From Dimorphilus gyrociliatus (taxonomy: Eukaryota; Animalia; Annelida): a stretch of DNA of 64,000 nt. Position numbers and translations under genes: made by a program. The stretch covers positions 2,289,891-2,353,890 of the forward strand of contig CAJFCJ010000002.1 in NCBI GenBank assembly GCA_904063045.1. Direction: 5' to 3'. Below, piece after piece: positions 1-14,587 of the stretch; position 1 is the stretch's first letter, and each line of letters starts with the position of its first letter. The notes beneath the pieces were generated by a model, which saw only the letters and a program-made list of their open reading frames with translations, did not search any database and was not told the DNA's origin.

Positions 1-965
1 CCTTTCTTTTTTTTTTTAGTTAGAACGAACCAATTGCGTATGAATATCGGATTACTTAATCTCCGAACGAGCGCCGGCGTTTATTCGGGTAATTGAAGAG
101 TATAGATTGATATATAGGAGGATTGAAGCATTTTGCCTGTCCACAACCTTCCCTTCTTTCCATTTAATCCCACGTAAGCGAGGATTCCGCGAATTTTATC
201 TAGCTCTAAAAAAAAATATAGACTCGGCTTCCCTTCTTTTCCATTTTAAAATTTTTATATAGAAAGAAGTAATTTCACTAAGCACTATAATTAACGCCAA
301 CTGACCTAATTATTTCACTGGCGCACATTTATGTGAATCTATTATAAATCCGGCCATTAAAACTCGGTAACTTTATATACTGTTAATCAATAGACGGAGA
401 TGCGAAGGGTGAGGGTGGCGATAAATAATCATTCATGCCAGTGCTTTCAAATATTGACTCCTTTATCGGCCTAGATTGTATAAATTTGCATAATTTCTAC
501 TTAAATATCTTAATATATTCACAGAGTATTCCAGACTATAAATAAGTAAATATAGACAATATAAGCAATTAAAAATACATATACAGGTATGTCGCACGTT
601 ATACATGACAATATAAAGCACCGTATTGTTGTAATACAATGAATAATGTCTTCTATTATATAACTTTTCGGATATATCTTTTTGTTTCATATATATACTA
701 ACTATATTTCAAAGGTAATATATTTGTATGGTGGTTTTTTTATGATATAAACAACAAACAAATGTAAACTTGTTTGAAATAGGCAGATTATTGTATACTC
801 TTGTATTTTAATGTGTAACATATAGACTATATACTGTATATATATGTATACAACATTATTAGTGTTACTAGAGCATACACTGTACTGTAAATACTTAACT
901 GCTACAAATATACTATTCTTACAAATTGTATTAATGCCGTTTGCAGTTGTACTGACATACTATAT

Positions 966-967
<2 letters not shown>

Positions 968-999
<32 letters not shown>
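968..999. repeat. (TA)n microsatellite
   Basis: About 16 TA units read directly. Confidence 0.9.
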
Positions 1000-1002
<3 letters not shown>

Positions 1003-4000
1003 AATACATATATGCGTGTGTTTTGCGATCATATCATATGAATATTTCTTTTCAAGATGTCGTGCACAAGCACCAAAACCACATCCAGCAAGAGTTGTTT
1101 GCTTCCTCTCCATATCGCGTCAAGCACCAATTGTAGGCCTAGTTCAACGACTTACACTTCTTATCGTATATGGAATCGAATTATTTGCGGGTATCGTATG
1201 ATTGATACGTCATTAACTTTCTTTTTGTGCGAAACAGACGTTACTTTTTACCTCTTTCCCGGACATAATATCGCGTAGGATGAAAGGGATGCTTAGTCTG
1301 ATTATCGCATGTCATTTTCTTCCAAGACCAGCGGCATGAAAGGCTTTCAAACTTTTTCTCTTTTCTGCACACTTGCTATAAATCCTTAAGACTAGAAAAC
1401 ACCCAACAGGCGTTAGTATTTGATTCTGTTGCTTTCAAAAAGCTAACATAGAGAGAATTTTGCAAGACAGTTTAACAACCATAACCATCTGCTATTTCTA
1501 ATAAAAAAATTAGAGATCGTCAAGTAGTTTTATGGCCACTCACTGAAAATATTCCTCGTATGTCATAATGACGTCAAGAAGCGGCTGTAAGTCAGGAATA
1601 GAAGGTTGTATTTGTACAATTTTCTACTAATTACACGCCTTCAGACGATAACAAATAAGTACAGAACCCATTTACATACGTCGTATATACATTTCTATAT
1701 GCGTTTTTGACGGCAGCAACTAATGTAAATTTACTAAAGTCATTTTTCGTGATGAACGATTCTAGTTAACATTAAATTAGATGTTAAAGCTGTGCACAGA
1801 TTTCCTATAGCGTTTTAAATAATGAATAAGTGAGAACAAATAGTGTGTAAATTTTCTCTGCACGAAGCAATTGGCGTTAATATGTCTAGTTTTACGGCGA
1901 TTCGAATAAATAATTATTCCTTATGCAAGTTTATATAAGAAAAAACAAATATAACAGAGTAGCTTTTAGCTTTATTCCTATCTCTATTTCTCTCTCTCTC
2001 TCTCTCTATCTGTCTGTCTCTCACTCTTACACTCACTCCTTCTATCTTTCTCTTTATATCGTTTCCTCTCTGTGTCATTCCTTCTGCTCAGTTCTCCTTT
2101 TCCAATCTCCTCTTTCCGTTTATAAAATAGATATACAACGTTTCTCTCCACCGTATGTATTCTACTTAATCGCTTCTCCATTTAAAAAAAAAACATTTTT
2201 ACTATCTCAATTATTCTCATCCATTAGATAAGTTCCCCCTTTTCTCAAAGAAAATGCAAAAAATAAATAAGATATCTCCCCTCTCCCATCCTTTTTAATG
2301 CTGAAAGTACACTTTTATCAGTAGTTAAAAAGAAAAAAAATTTCAGAATTAAGATAATAGACTAAAAGTTAAAAACGTCAAGTATTGATTCGAATTACGA
2401 AATTAAGCTAATTTTCTAGTTGGAAGAAAAAAAGCAGCAAGAGCCTGAGCTGTCACGGATTGCATAAAAGACACGTCTTTTTAATATGACATACCAACAA
2501 CGTAAAAGAGAGTAGAAATAAAAGTGGCTCTCTTTGTAGAGTTTAGTTATTTATCATTTTTATTAAGTTTCTCCAGACGTCTATTAAGGTTCTTGTATCT
2601 TATTTTAATATACGCCTTTTAATAGAACACAGTGTTTTATTTGCTATTACTTTTTTCATTTAGGGAGAATTATATAAATACAAGTATATTACATGTAAAT
2701 ATAGATGGTGAAAATGTTATTTCATATGTAAACTATATTACCAGTAAATATCTATACAGGAAAGAAAGATAGAATAAATGTAAACCGAAAATATGCGCAA
2801 TGAAATTAGTTAGTTAATCCAAATAAAAATAATGAAATTTAACCTTGTAAAAGTGATTTTGCTAATAAATTTAAGTATAGCAACATCCTTGAATCTTTCC
2901 ATATTTAGGTCTCAATTTTACCATTTACTTGCACTATTATGTTTGCTGTATAGCAAATGTAATAGAATAAATATGATAACGTCTGATTATAGTATTTGAA
3001 AAAGAAAAACATATTAAAAATCATTATATTTAACTAGAATTTGCTATTGAAATTTAGTTTCCAATTGATTTATAGATTATGATCAATAATAGAATGAATA
3101 GTAGATGTGAATTTATATAGATCTTATGGAAAATTTACATTTTTTCTATAGAATTTGACTAATGTATAGAAGAGGATTTTTGCAGCGTTGATGATTTTTT
3201 CTCTATATTCTTCCCTTCTTTTTTTTCAACATGAAAAAGATTGCCAATGGATTAGATCAGCTAAAGAAAAATATATATCTCCTAGATTTTTAATATTTTA
3301 ATAATCTCTTCTTGTTTAGAGCACTTATTAAAAGAAAATTACGTGATTACTTATCAAAACTGTTTTTGGATTAGGAAAGGCACTATAATACTTAGGTAAG
3401 GGGATAAAAATAAGTTTAAATTAGCCTACTTCTTCCTTGACTTCGAAGAAATGATGCATAAAAAGGTGTGTATAGAATGCAGAAACAAAGTAGGTGTGAG
3501 AAGAGGAGTGGAGGACAGGGACTGAGATGATGAAATCCGATATAGATTCTTGAGGAGAGTCAGAATGTGGATGAGTTTTTTATATAGTAGAATAGGCGAA
3601 AAAAATTTTTCGAAGCCCCAGAAAATATTAAAAAAGGCTTAGACGCCTTATACATTTAGGTCAATGATGAAAATTGTCGTTCGGCTGGTGTCTATACAAT
3701 TGACAGTCCATTCCAAAAGCTACTTTAACCTTGGCGACAAAGATTAAAAAGAAATATTTTCATCTGAAGGTAACCGAAAAAAGGAAATTCCTCGTGCAAC
3801 TAGTTTCAATATAATTTTCAACGGGAAATTTCACCTTTTTATGACACAATGAGAAGGTTTGGTGGAGAGGGTATATGGAGATGATGCAGGATTGAAAGGG
3901 TAAAGTAGGAAAAAGAGCTATAGGCCTAGACCTCAAGCGTTATGCTGCTAAATTATTTACGTGCATTATACGTGGAAAAGGTCGACTCCTAAATGTTGTA

Positions 4001-4497
4001 ATGAAGCGTTTAGGAATAGGAAAAACAAGATCAAATAAGACGGGTAATTAATCAATGTAACAACGCGACACGTAGGCACAAGCCTCCAGACACTATCATC
4101 GATTTATTTGTATACTCAATGTAGTTTAGATTATTTTCAAAAGGACCGATCAATTGAAGGAAATCGAACACGGTATAGGAAGGATAAGAAAAAAGAGGAA
4201 AAAGGCGCTTGGAAGGATAAAAGAAAAGAAAACCGGTATAGGAAACGGAAGGAAGTTTCGATTTCGGTTCTAGGTATATCTATAAACTTTCTCTGTACTT
4301 TCATTTAGTTACTTTGTTCGCCCTAAAGCTTTAATTTCTATTTTAGTCTAAGTCTCTACATTCTCAGCATTTTATCCTTTCATCCTAGTTATAGGAATTG
4401 AACTGTAATACAACTGAACATTTTCTAACAATTATTCAAACGATAGTAGAAGAATGTATACAACCAGTCAATAACCTTGTCAGGCACGAAGAAATGG

Positions 4498-4500
<3 letters not shown>

Positions 4501-4540
<40 letters not shown>
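4501..4540. repeat. (TA)n microsatellite
   Basis: About 20 TA units read directly. Confidence 0.9.
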
Positions 4541-4542
<2 letters not shown>

Positions 4543-6290
4543 TCTATATATATATAATTCTGATCGATTTATGCTGATTTAATTTCAATTTATTGAAAAA
4601 TATTAATTTTTTAATACTCAAGTGAATCATAAAGGTAACACCTTCTTTTTTCTTACTTAGGATATATAACTATATGCTTATACATTGAATATACTATATA
4701 CCCCTATATAAGTGTATTTAGAGTATATGTATATTATAATATTATATTATAGAGCATGAAAGGTTTTTTAAGGTAAATAATTTTCCTTTTTTTTTTTAAA
4801 AAAAAAGGAAAAAACTTTTAAGAAATTTTTTCCCCTTTAAAAGTACCTAAATAACTAATTATATTATAATGACTATACTAGTAGATTACTCTTATTAAAT
4901 TTTTATTGAAATTAGCATAGTTTCGTGGTAAGTTAAAGTTATCCAAAGTAAAAAAAATGATAACGATGTTATTAGCAGTAAATATACGTATTTGTTATAT
5001 ACAGCTTCATTCTCAATGAGAAAAGGTCCCGGAGTTAGAAAAATATGTGTGGGAGTTAATATGTCAATAATTTTTTTTTCTTTCAGCTGTATATCTTATT
5101 AGGTAGCGGGATAAACATGCTACATCAGCAAGAAGTTTGCAGTTTTAGACGATGTCGCTTACATAATAGTACCGTGACCGGTATTTTACCGGAAATATAC
5201 TAACCGCTTGTAATTAGAGAGAGCAAATATAAATCTTATATGTAGAAGATATTTGCTAGTATTAATATACGTTCTGTATATTTTGTAGTTAATACAGTCA
5301 TGGTTGAGAAAATCTTTAAGACTTATAGCTGTTGTTTTCTTTTAGTATACCTTATACAAGCCTTTTTTAATTATTAAGTTACAGGAGTATAAAGTTATTA
5401 TAGAAACACTGCAATTAAAGCACGTATGTAGAGGTAGTTAAAAAAGTTACCTGAAACAATAAATCAAACAGTATTTTTGCTACCTTTTCGACTCTATAAA
5501 TAGTTAGCTCTCCCTTTTAGACGAAGAAGAGGAAGAAGAGAGATAAAGATAAAAAATTTTTGTTAAATTTAGTAAAATAATAATGAGGCTGATAGCGACG
5601 TTAATGATAATGGTATTCCGGTTAAAATTAACAAAAAACAGTTTTTAATAAGATATGCATGGAGTTCTATATATTAATTGTTAGTTTACTCTATTTATTA
5701 GTTGGTAACAATCTAGGGCACCGAATTTAACTTTTTTTTAAATTATTAATGAGAATTTTATTACAATAAAAAAAAACTTAGTTTAAAAAAAGTATATATA
5801 AAAAAAGAAGACGTAAAAGTCTATTTATACGAAAGGGTATTGACTTAAACAAACGCTGCGATATAATAATTGAAGATGTAGCTTTTACTGTCAAATGAAT
5901 TCCGAAAGGTTCAAAGAACACTATTAACTTTCCATTGACACAGTAAAACATAAAAACTATACAAAATAGCCTATCTAATTCTCTGTCTTCCTTTTATATA
6001 AAAATAGTATTGCATTACTTTGCCTATTTACTTAATTAAAATTAGAAGTGTTTTATAAAGCTCTATTTAATGTATATATATTTAATCTGAACTATAAACA
6101 TGACTTTTTTTAAGACATTCCGTTTATGCTATGAATTAACTGTGTGTATTATTAATTCATATATATTAATAAGAATAGAATAAATGTATACGGCATGTGT
6201 ATATAACATATAATATAATTTACAAACGAATGAAATATTCATCTTGGCATAAACAACAAAAGTACATAAAAATATACACACACATATACA

Positions 6291-6291
<1 letters not shown>

Positions 6292-6331
<40 letters not shown>
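6292..6331. repeat. (TA)n microsatellite
   Basis: About 20 TA units read directly. Confidence 0.9.
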
Positions 6332-6339
<8 letters not shown>

Positions 6340-9300
6340 TAGAAGTATAAGAATACTAGATGTGCATAAATATATCACCCTGTATATAAGATACTTTTAT
6401 TTATACGTGTTCATATTCTTATGTTACCGCTAACTTTAAAGTTGCTAAGAAACATATGAATAACCCTTCTAATTGGAAATTAGAATAAATTTATCAAAGA
6501 ACTTAGAAGAAACTCAATTACATCTTATTTTTATTATTCTATGCTAATTGAAAAGATATTAATAGAAAAGATCAAAAATATTTTGCCTGATAAATCATCA
6601 GTAACGATATTTGTATAAAGCTATAGATATACTGCATTGTTACTGGACGGTTCTTTTTATACTAAAGCTGTTGTATACACTCGTCATATGCATATATTTA
6701 TCCTTTACGTCCTTATCACACGTATCTTTTGTAGTACAAAAGATTAAAAATGACTCTGTCATTATTTTGTTTGATTACCCAGAAAACACCTATCAGAAGA
6801 GAATAGAATACTTCCAACAGCAGAGTTCTTATACAAAAATGCCCTAGGGAAAAGTTTTAAGTTTATAACAGTAGTACAATTTTTTAACGATAAAAACTAC
6901 AACTTTTCCAAGTAAGAGCTCATAACCCTAATATATGAAAATAATTGCCATAGTAAAAAACTCGGTTAAACATTTAATGAAATAAGAAACGTATTACTTT
7001 TCTTAGAGATAGCTTACACTGAACAATATATAATTTACAATAGATGATTTATCATTCATTTGGAAATAGTAGCTTAATTCAAGATATTTCATATAGACAG
7101 GATGCAGGGGCGAATATTGCGTTTGATTTTAACATTTTATGATTCCTCCATTAGATATACGAACAAAGGCTTAATGGTACGAAGTTGAGTAAGTTAAGGT
7201 GGACTTAAAGGATTAAGATGAATAAGTAAGAGATTAAGCAGCTCATTGCATTGTAGTGTATTGAATACTAACTTTTTCAAAGTACTGGAAAAATGATTTT
7301 TGCTCCCGCTGTCCCTGGAAAGTCGGCTCAATCGAAGAATTAACTCTTTCAGGTTTGGGGATGTAAGAAAACTCTAGAAAATTAGTCTTTAGTCTGAACT
7401 AAAAGTGGACAGGCCGAAATACGAAAGAATTAAATAGCTATAAAAGGGTGTTCTTCGGCACGAATATCATTCGCGAATAGCTTGAAGAGAGATAAATAAA
7501 ACAAAATTGACACCAAAGAAATAATTAAATTGTACCACAGTTTACCTGATGGAATTAGAATGTTGTGGGAGAAAATGAGGTCCGAGTAGCTAATAATTTT
7601 CATGTGGAACATTAAATGTAGTTAATTGAATTGTACTTCCTAATACTTAATTTCTAATTATTTTCATACTTTTAATTAAAAAACCAATATAGAATGTTTT
7701 TATTTAAATATATCAAACTGATCTATCGCTTTCCTTTTATATTTCCATTCTTCTTGTCTGTCTTCTCTCCTAATACCCGCTAAACACCCACCTATATCGA
7801 CAAGAGAAAAAAGCCCAAAAAGTCTCAACTACCTATATTTAGCTAAGAGAATTAAGTTTAACAAGAAATGATTATTGTATTAATATTTGTAAGATATCTG
7901 TCTACCTATTAGATAAATTTGTTTTTCCTAGGGTTATGTTTTCTGCATCAATATTAATAAGATTTAATCAGTTTTTACTGAAAAAGAGAAGTATGGTAGT
8001 TACATTTTTTACGGTAGTACGAGTCATAAAGTATACATAACTCATTGAATTTTAGCTCAATTTTTATGTTTATAAGCTTTTCTTACATTATTTAATCATC
8101 AAGAAATGTATTAGTTCGTAAGTTAAATTAAATTGATATTTTTCAGCTGCAAGGAAGAAGCAAGTTACTTTAACATGAGAGTTATAGTTGAAGAACAATA
8201 GATTAGTATTCTGTTTCATATGAATAATAAACTTTAAAGTTTAATATGATCTTTGACGTTTCTAAAGGTGAATCTATAATGACAATACAAAATAGGTTTA
8301 ATAAATTTCTGGTATTGAATCATATTTGAAAACTACATGCACAAGGATTTGAAGTTGAAGAGTGTCTATCTTATTTACGAACTGGTTAAAAGATCTCCAT
8401 CTATTTTTTTTAATGGGATAAAGAGTAATAGGTGATATTTGTGTCATCATTTTAGAGCAGAATAGCTGCTGTTCCCTAAGCATCTGTATTCGTTTACCAG
8501 CTTTTAAAATTCTTGAGTGAAAAAGAAAAAGAAGGAAAGTAAATAGATGGAACGAGAGAATCAGTACCACTTTTGAGACACGCTTTAAGACGTGTAAGTT
8601 GAATCCAAAGCTGCCGGAGTTAAAAGTCACGTGATGATGAGGAGTACTTCAATAGAGTAATAAACTTTTTCGCAGACCGTTGGATTTTCCATTGCGGAAC
8701 CGAACATGATTTGTTTACATCTATTGCAGATTGCAAATTTTCCTGTAGGCTACTTGCCTTTTTACGTGGTATATTCAAAACTAAACAGTGTGTGATTGGG
8801 TGGGAAAGAAATCTTCGAATTAATACAGATGCGACGTCGTGATATTTTAATAACTTCTTACCCATAAACGCTAATTGTAATGAATCACGAATACAGTAAG
8901 AAGCCGCCCATTTTCCATCAGTTTTAGTCATGTATAGATAAGATATTTTAAAGCAAACATATATAATACGGCGCTGACAGTATCTGAATAGCAAATAGGC
9001 AAATTTGATAAGTTATCTGTCCAGAAAAGATTTTTCCTAGGCAACCAATTCTGTTGGTTTGTATTTATAAGTATGGTACACATCTATAGAAAAGAATATC
9101 TAATGATAAAGTTCACTTCTTTTTCGTAGACAGCTACCAATTAGAGTAGTAGGCTGCAGAAATTACAGATTTTTTTTTGTAATACTGTTGTCGTTAGGTC
9201 TCTTGTAAATTATCTCGATACTTAATCTACAATAAAGCCGGATAAATACGAGTAAATTTAATTACTCCGTTTACTGTTGCAGAAACACCACCTCCGCGTC

Positions 9301-9715
9301 TGATTAAAACTAAAACGTCTAACGACGTCATCCGACACCTCAACTATTCATGAAAATTTTCACAAAGTCGGTTTAGTATAACTCAGACGTTTCGTCGGTT
9401 GCTTATTAATTAAGCACGACTTCAGGATTATAATTCCATATTTTAATAACATATAGATATAAATACTTTATAAAGTTTATGTACCCTATTTTCGATTCTT
9501 AAGTTAGGGACTTTCTTTCTCTCCTTAAAAAACTCCTACTTATTCTTAGATTCCTGTTAAACGAAAGAAGAAAAAAGCAATCAGACGCACGGTATCCTCT
9601 GTATCTTTTACGTATTTGCTACACTGATCACAATGAATGCGAAACATAATTATTGGCAATAGTTAAATAAGAATGGTTCTTTGTTAAACATACCTCTTTT
9701 ATATTCTTTCTTCTT

Positions 9716-12032
9716 CTACAACAGTTTTCTCTTCAATCGTTTAGTAGCCGGCTGTTTTTTCTCTTTTAACTTTCTTTTTCGTTTTTCGATGCTTTTGACG
9801 TGTTCGCCGTCAAAATGAGACAATTCGTAATCTAAGCAATGTTTCTTCTTTCTCTTGCTTGCTTTTAGGCATTCTTTCTTGTCTGGTTTTTCCTTCAACT
9901 TCCTCTTTCCATTTTCAATGGTTCTGTCAAATTGAGACAAACTGTAATCAGTGCAATCCGTTTTCTTTTCTTTCATATCTTCTTTCATCCTCTTATTTTG
10001 TTCGGTAGAGATGACGCATTTAGCGTTAAGAGAACTCAATCCATTGTCAATTGTTTTTGTTATTTTTTCCTTTTTCAAAGTTTTCTCAGAACTTTCAGAG
10101 TCTTCATCCACTTCTGTTAATCTTCTGTGATCATCTGGCAAGTGACAAAAACCACATTGTGAGCAATGCTTTCTACTTTCCTTAACACATTTTTCACAAG
10201 CTCCGCAATGAACATATCTGCCACCATCCTAGTTAGATGTGTATTAAATTAGTTATTTGGAAAGGCAATTTAAGTTAGATCAATCATGTTATACTTTGCC
10301 TGTACAGGAATTGCATTTAGGGCAGTGTACATTATTCTTCTTAACATATCGTTCACATTGGCGGCAAAATCTGTAACAGTTACAATTATCACGTATATCG
10401 TGTAAACGAAAGGTTTCATCCGGGTTTACCTGTAGTCTTGGCATGGTAATCGGATTTTTGCAGGGGAAATATTGGTAAATATTCTAACTGGTGAACCCTT
10501 TGCTCCATTTGAGGATCTCTTCAACTTTTTATGATTTTCATATGTAACCTGTATAAAAAATTTAAAGTATAATAGCGACGTAAAGAAGGCCTTATCGTTA
10601 GTAAAAATATATGCTTGCCTGATATTCGAGCATAGCTGCACCGGTCAGTGACTTTAAGATTCGTTTTTCCATAAAATATGGCATTACCAACATATAAAGT
10701 AACTGTTTTTCATCGTTTTCACTATACCATTTTTGCATGGTTCGTAAAGAATACGCTAGAACATCTACTAAGGCACCGAAAGGGGGATCGATTACGCATA
10801 AAGTTTTACCTCCGCTCCTTAGCCAGTCGATAAACTTCTTCTTTACATCTCCTCCTCGGAAAAAGAAAGAATTTAACATATTGAAATAGTAAAAATTCTC
10901 TGGAGATATAAATTGCTCCTGTATCGGTTGTTGAAAGTATTTAGAAGATTTCCAATGATTTACCCTTTGTATATATACATATATATACTGTATATACTAA
11001 TATACATTTATATATCTATATATCTATACTGTATATATATATATATATATTTAAATATTCATATATATATACTAACATATCTTGAATCGATGTCCATAAG
11101 TACGACTTGCGAATTATCCATTTGCCGAACGAGACTTTCGTATAACCTAATAAAAATGTAATACTATCATATAGACTAAATAAAAAAAAACGTCTTCTTT
11201 TTTTCAACAAACCTCGGCGTTCCAATACACACAACCCGCTCAAATTTCGAGTCTAATATGGTCTTTGTCAAGAATTTTTCACTATCTTCCGAAAAATGGT
11301 ATTGCTGTAGGTATTTATTGATATATAGATAGGTAATATAAATTGTTACATATTATCGTGCATAGAATTAATAATTACTGACAGCATTTTTTGAATCTCT
11401 TTGCAACGGTCGCAAAAGAGATGAGGGTTTGATATCATTTGAACAGATTATTTTTTGCAGGTGCCCTAGATGAGTCTTTTCTTCATCCTTTTTTAACAGA
11501 ATTTCACAAGTTTCGCAAAAGTTAATAGATGGGGAATTAGTTTCTTTCAGTTCTTTGAATCTATAAATAACAATTGATTAGGAAATGTAGCTTTATTATA
11601 TTAGTTGAAACTTAATTGATTTAGGAGACATTCTTTGAAGCGACACCGCGTGGATTTAAAATTATAAGAAAGGTACTTAATTATATTCGTACCTGTTAAA
11701 TCTTCTTACGCTTTCCCTCGCGCCCTTTTCATTTAGCTTAATCCTGGCATCCGCATCTATCTTTTTGTTTTGTCCACCTTGTTGATCAAGCCATCTAAAA
11801 AAGTTGCAATCTTTGCGATTTCTACAGGCAGAACAGGCAAAAAATTTTCTATCTTTATTTTTTCCCTCAGTTTGCCTCGAAAGAAGTAAGCACGGTCCTG
11901 AATTGGTAATTTACTTTCAGCAATTGAGCGATAATGTAGACTTTTAATAATTAAAACTTTACCGTGAGGACATTGGGGTGTATTTGGATCATCTACTGCT
12001 TCGGGATAAACCCTTATATTTTGACGATACAT
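9716..12032 (-). CDS. ZCCHC4: rRNA N6-adenosine methyltransferase ZCCHC4 (spliced, about 9 exons)
   Basis: Hand-spliced exons give the N-terminal GRF zinc finger (PQCPHG|GPCLLL...[18 protein letters not shown]), [16 protein letters not shown], catalytic [25 protein letters not shown] and a Cys/His cluster ([18 protein letters not shown]). Boundaries read include exon 1 12032-11963, exon 2 11897-11693, exon 3 11560-11383. Confidence 0.95.
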
Positions 12033-12869
12033 ATCTTTTTACACTGACGTAGCAGGTTTCTGTCACGCAACGTTAACTTTACAAAAATTTTCACGCTTAC
12101 ACCATGCATAAGAATTCTCAAAGTGTACACTAGCCCCATCTATTGTTTCTTTGAACATTTCATAAAGGGAATTTTTACTATTAAACCTAAAATTAGTACA
12201 AATTCTATAAGATATTATAAAGAGAAGCTTATAGCGTCAGTATTTATAAGAGCCAAAACGGGTTGACATCTTTGTTATTGTATTAAAATAGAATACCCGA
12301 GATATAGTAGGATTACAAATGATACGAAGGTTAATGCATAATACATCACAGCGGAGGCGTACACTCTATTAATACCGTGTTAAGTTGTTAGAACAAATTG
12401 CTGACAATCTAACTTTTATACTTATTCAGTTTCTTAAAAATTCTAAATTGTAAACCTACAAACCAACGAATCCATACTTAATATTCATTAATATAATTTA
12501 CCACTTAGGGTAAAAACTTTTGGATCTTCTCTTCCCTATCTAGAATATTTTTAGTACTTTATCTAGAAATTCAATATAAATTATTACATTTACCGAATAA
12601 TATATAGGACTATATTTTTCTAGGAAGAGGAAAACAGATATATAACATTCTAAGACTGATACTTGTTTTCTATTATCAAACAATTCATCATTCCGACGCT
12701 ATCACTTATCCCCTATCGCTACGTCTTCAGATTGATTAGTATCGGAGTTCTGCTCAAAGAAACTCTCCTAAACATAGTTTAAGAATTTTTCCTCCTTTTA
12801 TTAATTTGCTCTTCTACAGTGAAATTTGTGTTATATTAATTATTATAGAAATACCAATTCGATTCTGGG

Positions 12870-12883
12870 GCGCCATCTAGTGT
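12870..12883 (-). promoter_or_regulatory. CTCF-type motif between the divergent ZCCHC4 and claudin-like genes
   Basis: ACACTAGATGGCGC on the minus strand. Confidence 0.65.
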
Positions 12884-13307
12884 TTAAAAACATATATTTT
12901 TTTTACTAAAAAGAAAAACAATTGAACAACGAATACCTAATCAGTACTCGATTTCTAAGAAATCAACACAACAAGTAAGTTTTATAGGGCATTTTTTAGT
13001 TTTTACAAAAAGAAATAGTTTTTTCAGTTGTGTAATTAACCTATAGGAAATGTCTATTTAAAAGTGATGAGCGATAAAACCAGTATGTCACGTTTAAACA
13101 TCGATTTTAAGGTTAAATAGTGTTAGAAATCTCATAAATAAATATATAATCTGAATATATATGATCAATTTTTAATTTTACATGAAGATGAATGAATTTG
13201 AACGAAATATTGATTAATCACCTTTTTCACAGGTGTGCTTTGTATTTTGGATCTCTTATGAAGTAATAATTTACACATAAGCATTCATTTCGGAATAAAG
13301 ATAGACG

Positions 13308-14587
13308 ATGGCCAGCAAATTGGGTGCTCAAAGTCATGTTATTGCATGTGCTCTCTTCGCCTTATCTATTGTATGTTTTCTCAGTCATATAGTATCGTTT
13401 TCCGTTGATTACTGGTACGAATCAGAGCCTGAACTCTCAAGGCCTTTTGTAAGATTGGGCCTACATCGAATCTGTTTTAATAATTTCTACGAATCCCAAG
13501 GGGACGAGGGTAATCAACCACCCTATAATGGATGTCACGAATACATATCAAATATTCTTCGAGACATAGAAAGACAGATAATAACTGGTGAGATAAATTG
13601 TCAATCTAATTTATAATCTACCATCAAGTTACCTTTAATTTTTAACTATATTATAATTGTCAATCTCTCTCCTTTTTAATTCTGTACAGACTGGTTCTCT
13701 AGTGTTCGAACAATGATGATTATCAACGTTCCGCTGCTGGCTTGTGTTATGTTTATTAGTATTCTATTTTTTGTGGTTATAATACTACAAAAATGCAGGA
13801 AAACTTTTTCAAAACAATCCAGATTAATACAAATTTTGTTCTTCTTAATTGGTGTGGCTTTTCTAGCTGCAGGTAAGTTGTTTATTATTAATTTTACAGT
13901 TAAATAAGAAAGTTAAAAGTAAGAGATAAAGTTTCGCACAATAGTTGTTTTTCTTTTCTTCCTTTTTTTGAACATTTTAATTAATTCTAGAAAATTCAAG
14001 ATCTAATCAGTTTTCATTTTCTCCTTCAAATGTAGCGTAAATGCTATTTTTGTTGTTCAGTTGAGATATTTTTGTTCATTTATAGCATGCAATTAAATTT
14101 AAATCTCAGTTCGATTATCACATACCTGTGTGTCCCCGTATACGCACCGATTGTAAAAGAACCAACTTTATAATAGAATAAATGAAAGTTTCTTTTTACC
14201 TAAACGAGCCATTTATACGCTCAAAAGAACCACGTGATTGCTGTAAAATACCTTGATTTGTTCTACTGAAATGGATGCTATTCCTTTGTATTATTTTATT
14301 TTAGTATGCTAAGATATTTCTATTCCTATACAGCCCTGATCTCCCTAATCGCTTTGATGACATTCTACGCCAATTGCCAGAATAGAGAATGGCTACCGAA
14401 CCGACATCAGTACAAAGCAGGACATCGTCTGGGCTACGCCTTTTGGCTACAATGTGCCACTTGCGCTTTACTTTTTATTAGTTTTATTCTGGCCATTATC
14501 GGAGGCGTTTTCAAGTCGATAGCCTTGAGCGAAAAACGAAGCGTTCTTTATTCTGAGGACATGGCTTTAAGTGGCCGAAGCATTTAA
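13308..14587 (+). CDS. Claudin / PMP22-EMP-MP20 superfamily four-TM protein (invertebrate septate-junction claudin-like)
   Basis: Exons 13308-13587, 13690-13872, 14334-14587. Four hydrophobic segments; first loop VDYWYES...LGLHRICF..GC matches the W-GLW-C-C signature; REWLPN..LGYAFWL precedes TM4. A probable non-coding 5' exon ends near 12975 (gtaagt). Confidence 0.85.

Noticed and set aside
1040-1400. GC-richer block with short ORFs on both strands
   Set aside because: No frame gives a recognisable protein or consistent splice structure.
463-2231. ORF-track ORFs rich in Y/I/L/S
   Set aside because: Produced by (TA)n and (CT)n microsatellites and low-complexity DNA.
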